NCBI GenBank assembly: GCA_016185725.1
Contig: JACPNA010000020.1
Location: 1-52,256 of the forward strand
Source of the DNA: Candidatus Woesearchaeota archaeon
GTDB lineage: Archaea; Nanobdellota; Nanobdellia; Woesearchaeales; GW2011-AR9
Direction: 5' to 3'
Length of the DNA: 52,256 nucleotides
Shown here: piece by piece, positions 37,334 through 46,691 of the stretch
How the letters are laid out: the number at the start of each line of letters is the position of its first letter
Position numbering within the stretch: position 1 is the stretch's first letter
Notes under the pieces: model-generated
What the model saw: the letters and a program-made list of their open reading frames with translations, nothing else
What the model was told of the DNA's origin: nothing
Database searches by the model: none
Translations under genes and position numbers: made by a program

Positions 37334-38604
37334 TTTAATTTTTTGATGGCGTCGTTAAGAGTTAATAATTGTTCTGTGCCATCGTTCATATCACGAAGCA
37401 AGACTTTTTTCTTGGCAAGTTCGTTATCACCAATAATCATAACATAAGGAATGCCTAAAGTACTAGCATAATCTAAGTTTTTAGAGACACCTTTTTTGCC
37501 TAAACAGAAATCAGCGGCGATGTCTTTTTCGCGCAATTGTTGAACTATTTTTAAAGATTCAGTGATTGTGCCAATCGGCAAGACGTATACTTTAGAAGCG
37601 GTTTTGGTCGTTGCTTTTTTCATGGATTTCAAAGTGTCCATGATTGGTTCTAAGCCAAATGCTAAACCAACCGCGGGAATGTCGTTATTGTTGCCTACTA
37701 ATTTAGCAATCATGTTATCCCAACGACCGCCACCAGCTAATGAGGAATTTACAGGACTGTCAGGACAATATACTTCAAAGACCGTGCCAGTGTAATAGCC
37801 TAAGCCACGGGCTAAAGAAACATCAAAAACGGCATTTTCTATTTTCATTGTTTTCAAATATCCAAATAACTCTTCCAATTCTTTAATTCCTTTCAAGCCT
37901 TCTTCATTATTAATTTTCTTTTGCAAATCTTCTAAACTCATTGAATCTGTAACAATCTTAAACAAAGAATCGATTTGTTTGGCGGAATAACCGCGTTGTT
38001 CTAATTCGGAGATAACGCCTTTCGGACCAATTTTATCGTATTTATCCAAAGCAATGATTGCGGATTCTTTTTCTTTGATTCCGGCTTGTTCTAAAATACC
38101 ATTGAGTAATTTACGATTATTTATTTTTATGATGATATTTAAGTCTAGTTTTTTGAAAACATTATTTACAACACCTAATATTTCGGCATCAGCAAGCAGG
38201 GAAGCACTGCCAATAGTATCAATGTCGCATTGCCAAAATTCTCGATAACGACCTAATTTTATAGGTCCGTCTCGAAATACTTGACCCATTTCATAACGTT
38301 TGAAGGGCATTTTTAAGGTAGGATTCATGCCTGCATAACGGGCGAGAGAGGTGGTTAATTCAAAACGTAAAGCCAACTTACGATCGCCTTGGTCTTTAAG
38401 GGTAAATGTTTCTTTTAAAACATCACTATCAGCACCGGCACCACCTTTGGCAGCAAGAGTTTCAAAACGTTCTAATATCGGTGTTTCTAAGGGCATGAAG
38501 CCGTATAACTCAAATACTTCTCTTAGTGTATCCATTACTTTGTTCTTTAGTATTTTTTCTTCCGGCGGAATATCTCGTACGCCTTTAGCCGTTTGTAATT
38601 CCAT
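37330..38604 (-). CDS. hisS: Histidine--tRNA ligase
   Basis: KGVRD, LRFELT, GRYREFWQ, LARGLGYYTG, GGGRWD, anticodon-binding domain. Confidence 0.96.
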   Translation of the reverse strand: MELQTAKGVRDIPPEEKILKNKVMDTLREVFELYGFMPLETPILERFETLAAKGGAGADSDVLKETFTLKDQGDRKLALRFELTTSLARYAGMNPTLKMPFKRYEMGQVFRDGPIKLGRYREFWQCDIDTIGSASLLADAEILGVVNNVFKKLDLNIIIKINNRKLLNGILEQAGIKEKESAIIALDKYDKIGPKGVISELEQRGYSAKQIDSLFKIVTDSMSLEDLQKKINNEEGLKGIKELEELFGYLKTMKIENAVFDVSLARGLGYYTGTVFEVYCPDSPVNSSLAGGGRWDNMIAKLVGNNNDIPAVGLAFGLEPIMDTLKSMKKATTKTASKVYVLPIGTITESLKIVQQLREKDIAADFCLGKKGVSKNLDYASTLGIPYVMIIGDNELAKKKVLLRDMNDGTEQLLTLNDAIKKLK

Positions 38605-38648
38605 TGTATTCAGTTCATTAAGTTTTAGTATATTTATATATGTTTTTA

Positions 38649-39398
38649 TTAGTCTAGAGCATTCTTATCGGATAAGGATAATGATCGGATTGTTTCTAGA
38701 GCAATATAAATGGCTTGATTCATTCCATTTTTTACTTTCTCCACATCGGCAAGGCGATAAATAATTTCTGGATTTTTCATAACTTCTTCAGGAGGTTCTG
38801 GTGTATTAACAACCAAAATAGCTCCGGCTTTTAGATTACGAAGTTGAGAAACCAAAAAAACTGCGGAACATTCCATTTCGGAGCTGATCAATCTCTGTCC
38901 AGCTAATTTTACAAAATTACTTGTTGGTTCATAAAATGCATCGTGAGTTCGATTAACACCCAGAAAAAAACGTACATTTGTTTTCTGAGCATTTAATTTT
39001 AACGCTTGGTTAATTTTATCATCTGCAGCAATTGTTACAATTGAGGGGTTATATTCTCTGGTTGTACCATCAGCACAGACCGCAGCGGTAGGTATAATAA
39101 TGTCACCAGATTGCATTTCAGGGAGTAATCCTCCACAAGTTCCAATTCGAATAATTATTTTTGCTCCAATCTGGGAAAGCTCTTCAATAGTTATGGCAGC
39201 AGCAGGACAGCCGATCCCAGTGGAAACTAAGGATAATCTAATCCCTTTATACTCACCATTACAAATACGAAATTCACGATTGAAATTTATCTCTTGAACA
39301 TTGGTCAATAGGGGAATAATCTTGTCTATTCTTCCGGGATCGCCGGGCAAGAGAACATACGGTTCAATCTTATCTATCTTTAAGTGAGGTTGAAACAT
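38649..39398 (-). CDS. Nucleoside phosphorylase (uridine phosphorylase/PNP-I family)
   Basis: LLPGDPGR, NREF, STGIG, RIGTCG, DAFY, EME. Confidence 0.9.
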   Translation of the reverse strand: MFQPHLKIDKIEPYVLLPGDPGRIDKIIPLLTNVQEINFNREFRICNGEYKGIRLSLVSTGIGCPAAAITIEELSQIGAKIIIRIGTCGGLLPEMQSGDIIIPTAAVCADGTTREYNPSIVTIAADDKINQALKLNAQKTNVRFFLGVNRTHDAFYEPTSNFVKLAGQRLISSEMECSAVFLVSQLRNLKAGAILVVNTPEPPEEVMKNPEIIYRLADVEKVKNGMNQAIYIALETIRSLSLSDKNALD

Positions 39399-39399
39399 T

Positions 39400-40071
39400 T
39401 TATTTCTCCCTAACAATCTTTACAAGATCATAAATATTTTTTAAAGTATAATCCACATAGGATTCATTTGATAATAGATTTGAAGAACTAATCAACACAG
39501 TTGTCATGCCTAATTCTTTAGCTGGTTTCAAATATTGCGGCTCGTCTTCAACAATCATTACTTCATCAGGTTTAATTCCAAATGCCTCACAAATTTGCAA
39601 ATAAGCTTCCTTCTGTGGTTTTCGAATATCTCCTTCACCAGAATAAATTCGCTCAAACTGATCAGCTATACCTAACATTCTTAATGCATTTTTTGCCCAT
39701 ACTTGTGGTGCATTGGTTAATACTACTTTTTTTGTTAAAATATTTAATAACATTTTTTGTAACAACACATCCTCATTACAATATTTAGCGGCATAAATAT
39801 TCCAAGTATTTGTAAAATACAACTCTCGCTCTAATCCAAACTCTTTTTCTAATCCTATACTAATATCTCCTTTATATCTCTCAAAAATATCTTCTCGTAT
39901 TTTCTTAGCATCTTGTAATGAAACAAAAAGCTTGTTAGATAAAAATTTTACTACATTTTGTGTAACTTCATCATAAAACATCGTATTAAATATCGCGTTA
40001 TTACTACCGCTGCCATCAAATTTGTACAATGTTCCATCCATATCAAAAATTATTAATTTATATTTACTCAT
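39400..40071 (-). CDS. HAD-superfamily hydrolase (pyrimidine 5'-nucleotidase-like)
   Basis: FDMDGTLY, LTNA, RKP, VED. Confidence 0.88.
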   Translation of the reverse strand: MSKYKLIIFDMDGTLYKFDGSGSNNAIFNTMFYDEVTQNVVKFLSNKLFVSLQDAKKIREDIFERYKGDISIGLEKEFGLERELYFTNTWNIYAAKYCNEDVLLQKMLLNILTKKVVLTNAPQVWAKNALRMLGIADQFERIYSGEGDIRKPQKEAYLQICEAFGIKPDEVMIVEDEPQYLKPAKELGMTTVLISSSNLLSNESYVDYTLKNIYDLVKIVREK

Positions 40072-40849
40072 TTTGTTCACTCTCCATGTATTTTATTCTT
40101 GTGTCTATTCTTTGTATATCATAACCCCCTTTCTCCAAAACTTCCAATAACTTGGAATTATATTCTTTACACAAAGAAGTAACATTCTTATCATCTTTTA
40201 AAGAAATGCTCGCCCAAGAAGAGAGATTGTTCCAATAAGGCATTAAATTATTAGTCCCAAATTGTCTTCTTCCATCAATCCCAAAAAAATCTCGTAATTC
40301 TATCCATTCATAAAATTCAAAAGTATAAAGTGAAGATAATTTGTATTTTGGGCTTAATTTTTCTTGTGCAACTTTTCCTACAAATCCAAGAACCAGTTCT
40401 TCTATCTTCAACCCTTTTTGTTCTAACAAAGAACAGACCTTAAGAAGAGTAGTTCCTTCAAAAGAACCAACATCGCCTAATATAATTGATTTGTATGGCT
40501 TCAACAAATCTAATTGTTCCTCTAAGGGTAATGCACCACAACGTTCACCAATAGTTACTTCCCCAGTAATTTTATTAGTAATTCGTGTAGCTTCCAAATA
40601 TCTCTCGGCAAGAGGAAAATAAATCCTATCTAAACTTATGAAAGGTTGATTACGTTCTGCAACTAAACAACTAAGCTTTTGTGAAACATCTTTAGATGTA
40701 GCCTCTTTCTTAATAATTCCTGGAGGGATATACGGCCAAAATTTGAACAAGAAATTTTCTTCTAATAACTTAATCTGTTCTTGTGTATTATTCTCAAGCA
40801 TATACCCTAATTTACGTTCTAAAGTTTCAACAATATCTCGTGTTATCAA
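40064..40849 (-). CDS. Hypothetical protein with phosphoribosyltransferase-like PRPP loop
   Basis: IILGDVGSFEGTTL resembles hhhhDDhhxTGGT; start uncertain (TTG 40849, or frameshifted from ATG 40937). Confidence 0.55.
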   Translation of the reverse strand: MITRDIVETLERKLGYMLENNTQEQIKLLEENFLFKFWPYIPPGIIKKEATSKDVSQKLSCLVAERNQPFISLDRIYFPLAERYLEATRITNKITGEVTIGERCGALPLEEQLDLLKPYKSIILGDVGSFEGTTLLKVCSLLEQKGLKIEELVLGFVGKVAQEKLSPKYKLSSLYTFEFYEWIELRDFFGIDGRRQFGTNNLMPYWNNLSSWASISLKDDKNVTSLCKEYNSKLLEVLEKGGYDIQRIDTRIKYMESEQNE

Positions 40850-41056
40850 ATAGGTGAAGACAATCAGTGCTTTCTGGCACCTTAGCCTCTAATTCTATTC
40901 TGTTTTGTAATTTTACCAATTCTTGTGTTCTTTCCATTGTATTCTCCACGTATATTGCTCGTCAGCATATTTTGTTTAAACTATCAAAAATCTCTACGAA
41001 AAAGATAGAGAGTTAGAACTAACAATGATAATGAATTGTACTAGAAAATAATAGAG

Positions 41057-41144
41057 GGCAGCTGGGGGGAATCGAACCCCCTCCGAGAGATGACTGTACA
41101 AAAATTCCACAGTCTCCCATACTAACCGTTATACGACAGCCGCC
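41057..41144 (-). tRNA. trnH: tRNA-His(GTG) with encoded G-1 and 15-nt intron at 37/38 (41092-41106)
   Basis: G-1, GCGGCTG/CAGCTGC-C73; anticodon stem GGAGA/TCTCT; T arm GGGGG-TTCGATT-CCCCC; splice helix CTGT/ACAG. Confidence 0.93.
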
Positions 41145-41303
41145 ATAGTTAAAACTAGTGTCTTGATTTCGTTTAAAAATCTTTCCTAGAGTGTTGAAAC
41201 TATTAAAATTAGAATTGTTTACAGTGAATACAATCAACTCGTTTCATAGTTTAATATAAATTGGCTTAACTTTAAAAATCTTTGCTTAGAAAAATTAAAA
41301 AAA

Positions 41304-42776
41304 TTAGATTACCAATACTTTCTGTTTTCTAATTACTTTCATTTTAATCTCTTTAGCATAGCCCAAGAATTCTCCGCCGGCTTGAATAGGAAAATCTTTG
41401 CTGCTTTTAACAATAAATTCTTTGCCTTTTAAGGGCAATAAGGGGGCTTTGCCTAAGCCTAATTGAACTAACAACAACGACCATAAGCGCAAGGCTTTAT
41501 TGAAAACAGGGGTGTGATTGTTGATACAAGCTAGACCATACACTTTGCCGTCAGTTGGGTCTACTTTGCCAATTAAAGAACGCATGCCAAACCCATAAAA
41601 AGGGATTTTTGCTAAAGTTAAATTGATGCAATTATCCCAATGTGATTTTTTTTTGTCTATAAATATATCCAAGTCATAACTGGTCTTAACGGTAAAGGCA
41701 GTTATTGCACCACCTTTGAAATAATTCCAGAAACCGGTTTTGGTTCTATCTGTACTTGATCTTAAAACTTCAGCGTCTGTACCCAGACAAAAAAATAAAG
41801 TTTCTTTCTTTTTTCTTTCAAAAGATAATTCTAGAACATCTAATTGAATTTCACGAAAATTGAATAGCGATTGCAGATATTCAAATTTGTTGCCTCGGTA
41901 AAAATAGGAATAGAAGGCATTGCCTGCACCGAGGGGGAAAAAACCCAAGGTTTTCCCTTTCAGCCATTTAGAACTTACAGCGCTTTCGAAAGTGCCATCG
42001 CCACCGGCAATTATAACATACTTATAATTTTTAATTTTTAGGGCTAAATCTTTGAACATGTCGGGATTGTGGAGATTTAAGTAGAGGATAGGGGCATTTC
42101 TTCGTTTAGAAAATTTTTTTAATAAACGACGACGATAAATATTCATAAAACCGCGAGCACCGGGATTGGTCAAGATTATTAGTTTTTCTGACAATATATT
42201 TTTGCCTAATTTTTTCTTTTCGTTTAATCCACGGAGGTAATTATAGAGATTATAACACATAGAGAGGATCACAATAATTACAGTAAGGAATGCTATTAAT
42301 AATTCAGTGATGAATAACCAACTAAATACTTGGAAGGGGGCATCATAATAAGCCAGTATTATTTGAAAAATTAAAATTAATAATAGGGCATATTGAGAAA
42401 TTCTAGTTAAGGGGGTAAATTTATCTTTTTTTAAGACAACGGCATATTTAGAAGACAGCCAACGATAACGATTAACTACTAAATCACGTAATAAGAATGC
42501 GCCTAATGCCCAAGTCCAAAATAAGCCATTAATCCAAAAAAATAGACACAATGCCAAAATAGAGATTTTATCTACAATGGGGTCTAAGAATGTGTGAACT
42601 TGATGATTGCGTTCTCCTTTGCGAAGTATGTATAATTCAATTAATCTAATGATAATACTTAAAATTAATAAAGAAAAGGCAAGAATGGCACCATATTTAG
42701 TGTTTTGCAAGAGATAATAAATTATTGCGCATAACAAAAAGAAGCGAAGGATATTGATTAACTTAATTAATCTCAT
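41304..42776 (-). CDS. Fusion of a CDP-alcohol phosphatidyltransferase-like membrane domain and a diacylglycerol kinase (DgkB/YegS-type) domain
   Basis: N-terminal: NILRF, FLDPIVDK, LRD; C-terminal: NPGARG, AGGDGT, PLGAGNAF, GTDAEV, FYGFG, DGK. Confidence 0.8.
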   Translation of the reverse strand: MRLIKLINILRFFLLCAIIYYLLQNTKYGAILAFSLLILSIIIRLIELYILRKGERNHQVHTFLDPIVDKISILALCLFFWINGLFWTWALGAFLLRDLVVNRYRWLSSKYAVVLKKDKFTPLTRISQYALLLILIFQIILAYYDAPFQVFSWLFITELLIAFLTVIIVILSMCYNLYNYLRGLNEKKKLGKNILSEKLIILTNPGARGFMNIYRRRLLKKFSKRRNAPILYLNLHNPDMFKDLALKIKNYKYVIIAGGDGTFESAVSSKWLKGKTLGFFPLGAGNAFYSYFYRGNKFEYLQSLFNFREIQLDVLELSFERKKKETLFFCLGTDAEVLRSSTDRTKTGFWNYFKGGAITAFTVKTSYDLDIFIDKKKSHWDNCINLTLAKIPFYGFGMRSLIGKVDPTDGKVYGLACINNHTPVFNKALRLWSLLLVQLGLGKAPLLPLKGKEFIVKSSKDFPIQAGGEFLGYAKEIKMKVIRKQKVLVI

Positions 42777-42849
42777 ACATTAAGGAAAAGAAAAAGATGT
42801 TAAAAAGCTTTCTAAGATTTAGTATAACGAAAATTCCTATAACCAAAAA

Positions 42850-44484
42850 TTACATGCCCATTCCAGGAGGCATGCCGCTAGTAGGCATATGATTCATATT
42901 ATTTTTATTTGAACCGCCCATGATAACATCGTCAATACGCAGAATCATTTCGGCGACTTCGGTAGCGGAAGACAAGGCTTGAGTTTTAATTTTTAAGGGT
43001 TCTAAAACACCTTCATTCCAGGCGTCCATTATTTCACCGCTAAAGACGTTGATGCCGGCCCATTTTTTTCCTTGATCATGGGCTGCTCTTAATTTAACGA
43101 GGATGTCGAGGGGATCAAGACCAGCGTTTTCAGCTAAAGTTCGAGGGATGATTTCCATAGCTTCGGCAAAGGCTTGAACAGCTAATTGTTCACGCCCATT
43201 TAGTGTGGCCATGAATTTTCTTAAGCTTTGGGCTAGTTCCATTTCTACAGCACCAGCACCGGCGACGACATTACCTTCGTGCAAGACGGCAGCCAAATCG
43301 CCAAGAGCGTCGGTAACGGCGCGTTTTATTTCTTCGGTTACATGTTCAGTGCCACCGTATACTAAGATGGTCACGGCTTTAGGGTTTTTACATTTCTCTA
43401 CAAAGATCATGTCTTCTTCACCAACTTTTTCTTGTCTCACCAGACCGGCTTGACCGAGCTCGCTGCTGCTGAGCTCCTTCCAAGTGCTCATTATTTTTCC
43501 GCTCGTGGCGCGGGCTAGTTTTTCCATGTCGCTTTTTTTTATCCTACGAGCGGCAAGAATACCTTCTTTAGCTAAGAAATGTTGAGCTAAGTCATCAATG
43601 CCTTTTTGGCATAACAAAACATTGGCGCCAGAAGCTTTTACTTTGCTGACCATATCACGCAACGTCCGTTCTTCTTGATCTAAGAAGGAACTTAATTGCA
43701 TCGGGTCGGTAATTTGAATTTTTGCATCAATTTCTGTATTTTTTATCTCTAATGCTGCATCTAATAAAGCTATTTTTGCATTTATGATTTTTTTAGGCAT
43801 TTCCGGATGAACTATTTCTTTGTCTAAAACAATACCTTCTATCAATTCGCTTTTAGAAGTGCTTTCACCAATACGTTTTTCTATTTTAATATCATCTAAA
43901 TTAACAATAAGTTTATTATGTTCTTCAATAGCAACGCGTTTGACAGCAGTTACAATCAAATCAGCCAATAATTCTTTGCTTGCTTCGGCACCTTTGCCAG
44001 TCATGGCAGTAATAGCAATTTTTCTTAATGAATCTTTGTCATCGGGAGATACTTTTTCCGAAAGTTTTCTTAAAATATTTTGGGCTTCGGTTTCGGCGAT
44101 TCTATAGCCTTTGGCAAGAACGGTAGGATGAATATTTTGATCCAACAAATCTTCCGCTTTTTTTAATAATTCGCCAGCAAGCACGACGGCAGTAGTAGTG
44201 CCATCCCCAATAGCTCCTTCTTGAGTTTTAGCAACTTCGATAATCATCTTAGCAGCAGGATGTTCAATCTGCATTTCTTTAAGTATAGTTACGCCATCAT
44301 TGGTGATAATTACATCGCCCATAGAATCGACAATCATTTTATCCATGCCTTTAGGTCCTAAGGTGGTTCGTACGGTCTGAGCAACTGCTTTGGCGGCCAG
44401 GATATTATTACGTTGGGCATCTTTACCGGTTGTTCTCTTAGTGTCTTCTGGTAAAATGAAGATTGGTTGAATGTTGTCGGTCAT
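42850..44484 (-). CDS. ths: Thermosome subunit (group II chaperonin)
   Basis: [22 protein letters not shown] tail; start moved to ATG 44484. Confidence 0.97.
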   Translation of the reverse strand: MTDNIQPIFILPEDTKRTTGKDAQRNNILAAKAVAQTVRTTLGPKGMDKMIVDSMGDVIITNDGVTILKEMQIEHPAAKMIIEVAKTQEGAIGDGTTTAVVLAGELLKKAEDLLDQNIHPTVLAKGYRIAETEAQNILRKLSEKVSPDDKDSLRKIAITAMTGKGAEASKELLADLIVTAVKRVAIEEHNKLIVNLDDIKIEKRIGESTSKSELIEGIVLDKEIVHPEMPKKIINAKIALLDAALEIKNTEIDAKIQITDPMQLSSFLDQEERTLRDMVSKVKASGANVLLCQKGIDDLAQHFLAKEGILAARRIKKSDMEKLARATSGKIMSTWKELSSSELGQAGLVRQEKVGEEDMIFVEKCKNPKAVTILVYGGTEHVTEEIKRAVTDALGDLAAVLHEGNVVAGAGAVEMELAQSLRKFMATLNGREQLAVQAFAEAMEIIPRTLAENAGLDPLDILVKLRAAHDQGKKWAGINVFSGEIMDAWNEGVLEPLKIKTQALSSATEVAEMILRIDDVIMGGSNKNNMNHMPTSGMPPGMGM

Positions 44485-44587
44485 GGTTAAGAATATGCTT
44501 AAAGTAGTTTTATAAAGATTATGAAATACATAATCTATCTTTTTGACTATAGCAAACTTTATTAATCGAGGAGAATTACCAGAAATC

Positions 44588-45388
44588 ATGTCTAGAATTA
44601 TTTTTTTGGGAACTTCCGGCAGTTCGGCAGTTACGAGCAAGCAGATGCGTTCTTCTGGAGGTATTATCCTGCAGGCGGGTGACCTGCAATTTCACCTTGA
44701 CCCAGGTCCAGGGGCGTTGAACAAAGCACGGGAGTTTGGAATTAATCCTAATCATACGTGTGTGGTATTAGTTTCACATAATCATATTAATCATTGCAAT
44801 GATTTAAACGCAGTGGTAGAAGCGATGACGCATGCAGGATTGGAGCATAGGGGGTTGATTTTAGCAAGCAAGTCAATAATACAGCCTACGGAGGGGCATC
44901 CGTTTTTGACAAAATATCATCAAAAATTGGTGGAAAAAATTATTCCTATGGAAAAGCATCATAAGGTGGCGGTTGATGATGTAGAAATTCATACTTTGCC
45001 GGTGCAACATACGGATGATGCGGCGTTAGGGTTTAAGTTTTTCTGCCCAAAATTCACGTTAGGGTATACAGGAGATACGATATTATCAGCTGATTTATTA
45101 GAAGAATTAATGGGTTCAGATATTCTCATCTTGAATGTTCCTTATCCGGGAAATACGGCGGAAGGGATGAATTTAGATACGGAAGCGGCAACAAAAATTA
45201 TTGGGACTGTTCAGCCGCGATTGGCAATATTAACTCATTTTGGGATGGATATGCTTAAAGCGGATCCGATGATAGAAGCACGGGAGATTCAGAGGATTAC
45301 GGCAGTGCAAACGGTAGCAGCGTATGATGGATTGACGATTGCTCCGGGCGGATGGGAATCACTGAAATCGCCAGTGAAGGGATATTGA
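44588..45388 (+). CDS. MBL-fold metallo-hydrolase (RNase Z/PhnP-like)
   Basis: FLGTSG, LDPGPG, SHNHINH, YTGDT, LTHFG. Confidence 0.85.
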   Translation: MSRIIFLGTSGSSAVTSKQMRSSGGIILQAGDLQFHLDPGPGALNKAREFGINPNHTCVVLVSHNHINHCNDLNAVVEAMTHAGLEHRGLILASKSIIQPTEGHPFLTKYHQKLVEKIIPMEKHHKVAVDDVEIHTLPVQHTDDAALGFKFFCPKFTLGYTGDTILSADLLEELMGSDILILNVPYPGNTAEGMNLDTEAATKIIGTVQPRLAILTHFGMDMLKADPMIEAREIQRITAVQTVAAYDGLTIAPGGWESLKSPVKGY

Positions 45389-45467
45389 ATATAATTCTGA
45401 ACGGTAAAATATCAACCGTAATTATTTAATTTCTTAGCTAAATCTATCACAAAATCATAGAGATACA

Positions 45468-45606
45468 GTCAAAGAAAACCGACCACCACCAGTCAATAGA
45501 CTGGTGGCATGCTCGCCTGCGGGCTCGGGTCGGTTTTCTGACCATGCTTTTTCCACTTTATGTGTTAGTGGATGTGTACCACCAGTGAAACACACTGGTG
45601 GAAAAA
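45468..45606. repeat. 139-bp dispersed structured repeat, full copy 2
   Basis: 138/139 identical to 3405-3543; lies between convergent genes. Confidence 0.97.
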
Positions 45607-45695
45607 GAATGGAATAGATGTGCTCATAAAATAAAAAAAATCCACTTTATCTTTTGATTTCAAGAAATTATAAATATCTCATGAATAGGTAAATC

Positions 45696-46583
45696 TTAAA
45701 TTAATAACCCTAATAACCAACCTACTGCCAATCCTACAAAACAGCCGGCGCCGATGAAGGGCATGGCGGGATAAAATTTGTGTTCGTTGCCGTACCATAA
45801 TAAAAGAGCTAGACCGAGCATGGCGAAGAAGGGAATGATCATACTTTGCCATAAGCCAATTTCTTTTAAGATTACGCCAGCAAAGATTAGAGGAAAGCCA
45901 ATATCTCCACCGCCTAAAACAGCAGTGCGGACTTTGCGATGTTTTTGGGGAGTAATATCTTGTTTAACTTTATGGGTCAATACATGACCATCTTTGTACG
46001 GAACTAACAAGCCGGCAAAGATTTTTGCCTGGGCTTGGGATTTAGCTAAGGTGATCATATGTTTTGATTTCCAGACGGCATAGGCATCGTAAATGGCGAT
46101 GAGAATAATAAGGATGCTTACGGACATGATGTTGAGCATAGGAACGAAGATAGCAGCTAAGCCACCATAAATAACCACTTCGGTTAAAGTTTGTATCCAA
46201 AAATTAGGCCGAAATATTTTCCAAATACCAAAGAATAATGCTAAGAAAAAGGCGATTTCTTTGCTCATGAATGCGCCTAAAGAAACAGCTAAGGAAAGAA
46301 CGACGGCGATTAAAAACCAGCCTTTCCAAATAAAATTTAATTTAAATTTAATTAGTACTAGTAATACGATTGTGCCAAAAAGAATGGCAAGGATAATAGG
46401 GACATAAGAGGTTTTTTCTTCTACGGAAGGGCGTTCACCGATAGGCAGTTGTTTGAATTCGGTTTTGCCGGTGGCGAGACTTTTTTCGGCGTCGATATAT
46501 TTATATACAACGGCTAAGCCGAAAAATTGGGCGAGGAGAAAAAGACTAAGGACCAATAGAGTAATTCTCAGGTTATGTTTCAT
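45696..46583 (-). CDS. Presenilin/SPP-family intramembrane aspartyl protease
   Basis: YD in AIYDAYAVWKSKHM, LGGGD, YPAMPF. Confidence 0.92.
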   Translation of the reverse strand: MKHNLRITLLVLSLFLLAQFFGLAVVYKYIDAEKSLATGKTEFKQLPIGERPSVEEKTSYVPIILAILFGTIVLLVLIKFKLNFIWKGWFLIAVVLSLAVSLGAFMSKEIAFFLALFFGIWKIFRPNFWIQTLTEVVIYGGLAAIFVPMLNIMSVSILIILIAIYDAYAVWKSKHMITLAKSQAQAKIFAGLLVPYKDGHVLTHKVKQDITPQKHRKVRTAVLGGGDIGFPLIFAGVILKEIGLWQSMIIPFFAMLGLALLLWYGNEHKFYPAMPFIGAGCFVGLAVGWLLGLLI

Positions 46584-46691
46584 GGATTAATTAATTTTTA
46601 ATGCCCATATAAAATGTAGTAACTACTTTAAAGGGAGTAATTTATGGAAAGGTTTATAAAGAAAAAGAAAAAAAATGGATACAGAAAACTG

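Noticed and set aside
38649..41144. Integrated provirus or plasmid at tRNA-His
   Set aside because: No integrase, replication or structural genes, and no duplicated tRNA 3' end found
44484..44640. Apparent head-to-head overlaps (thermosome/MBL, trm1/infB)
   Set aside because: Caused by over-long ORF starts; corrected starts leave normal divergent promoters
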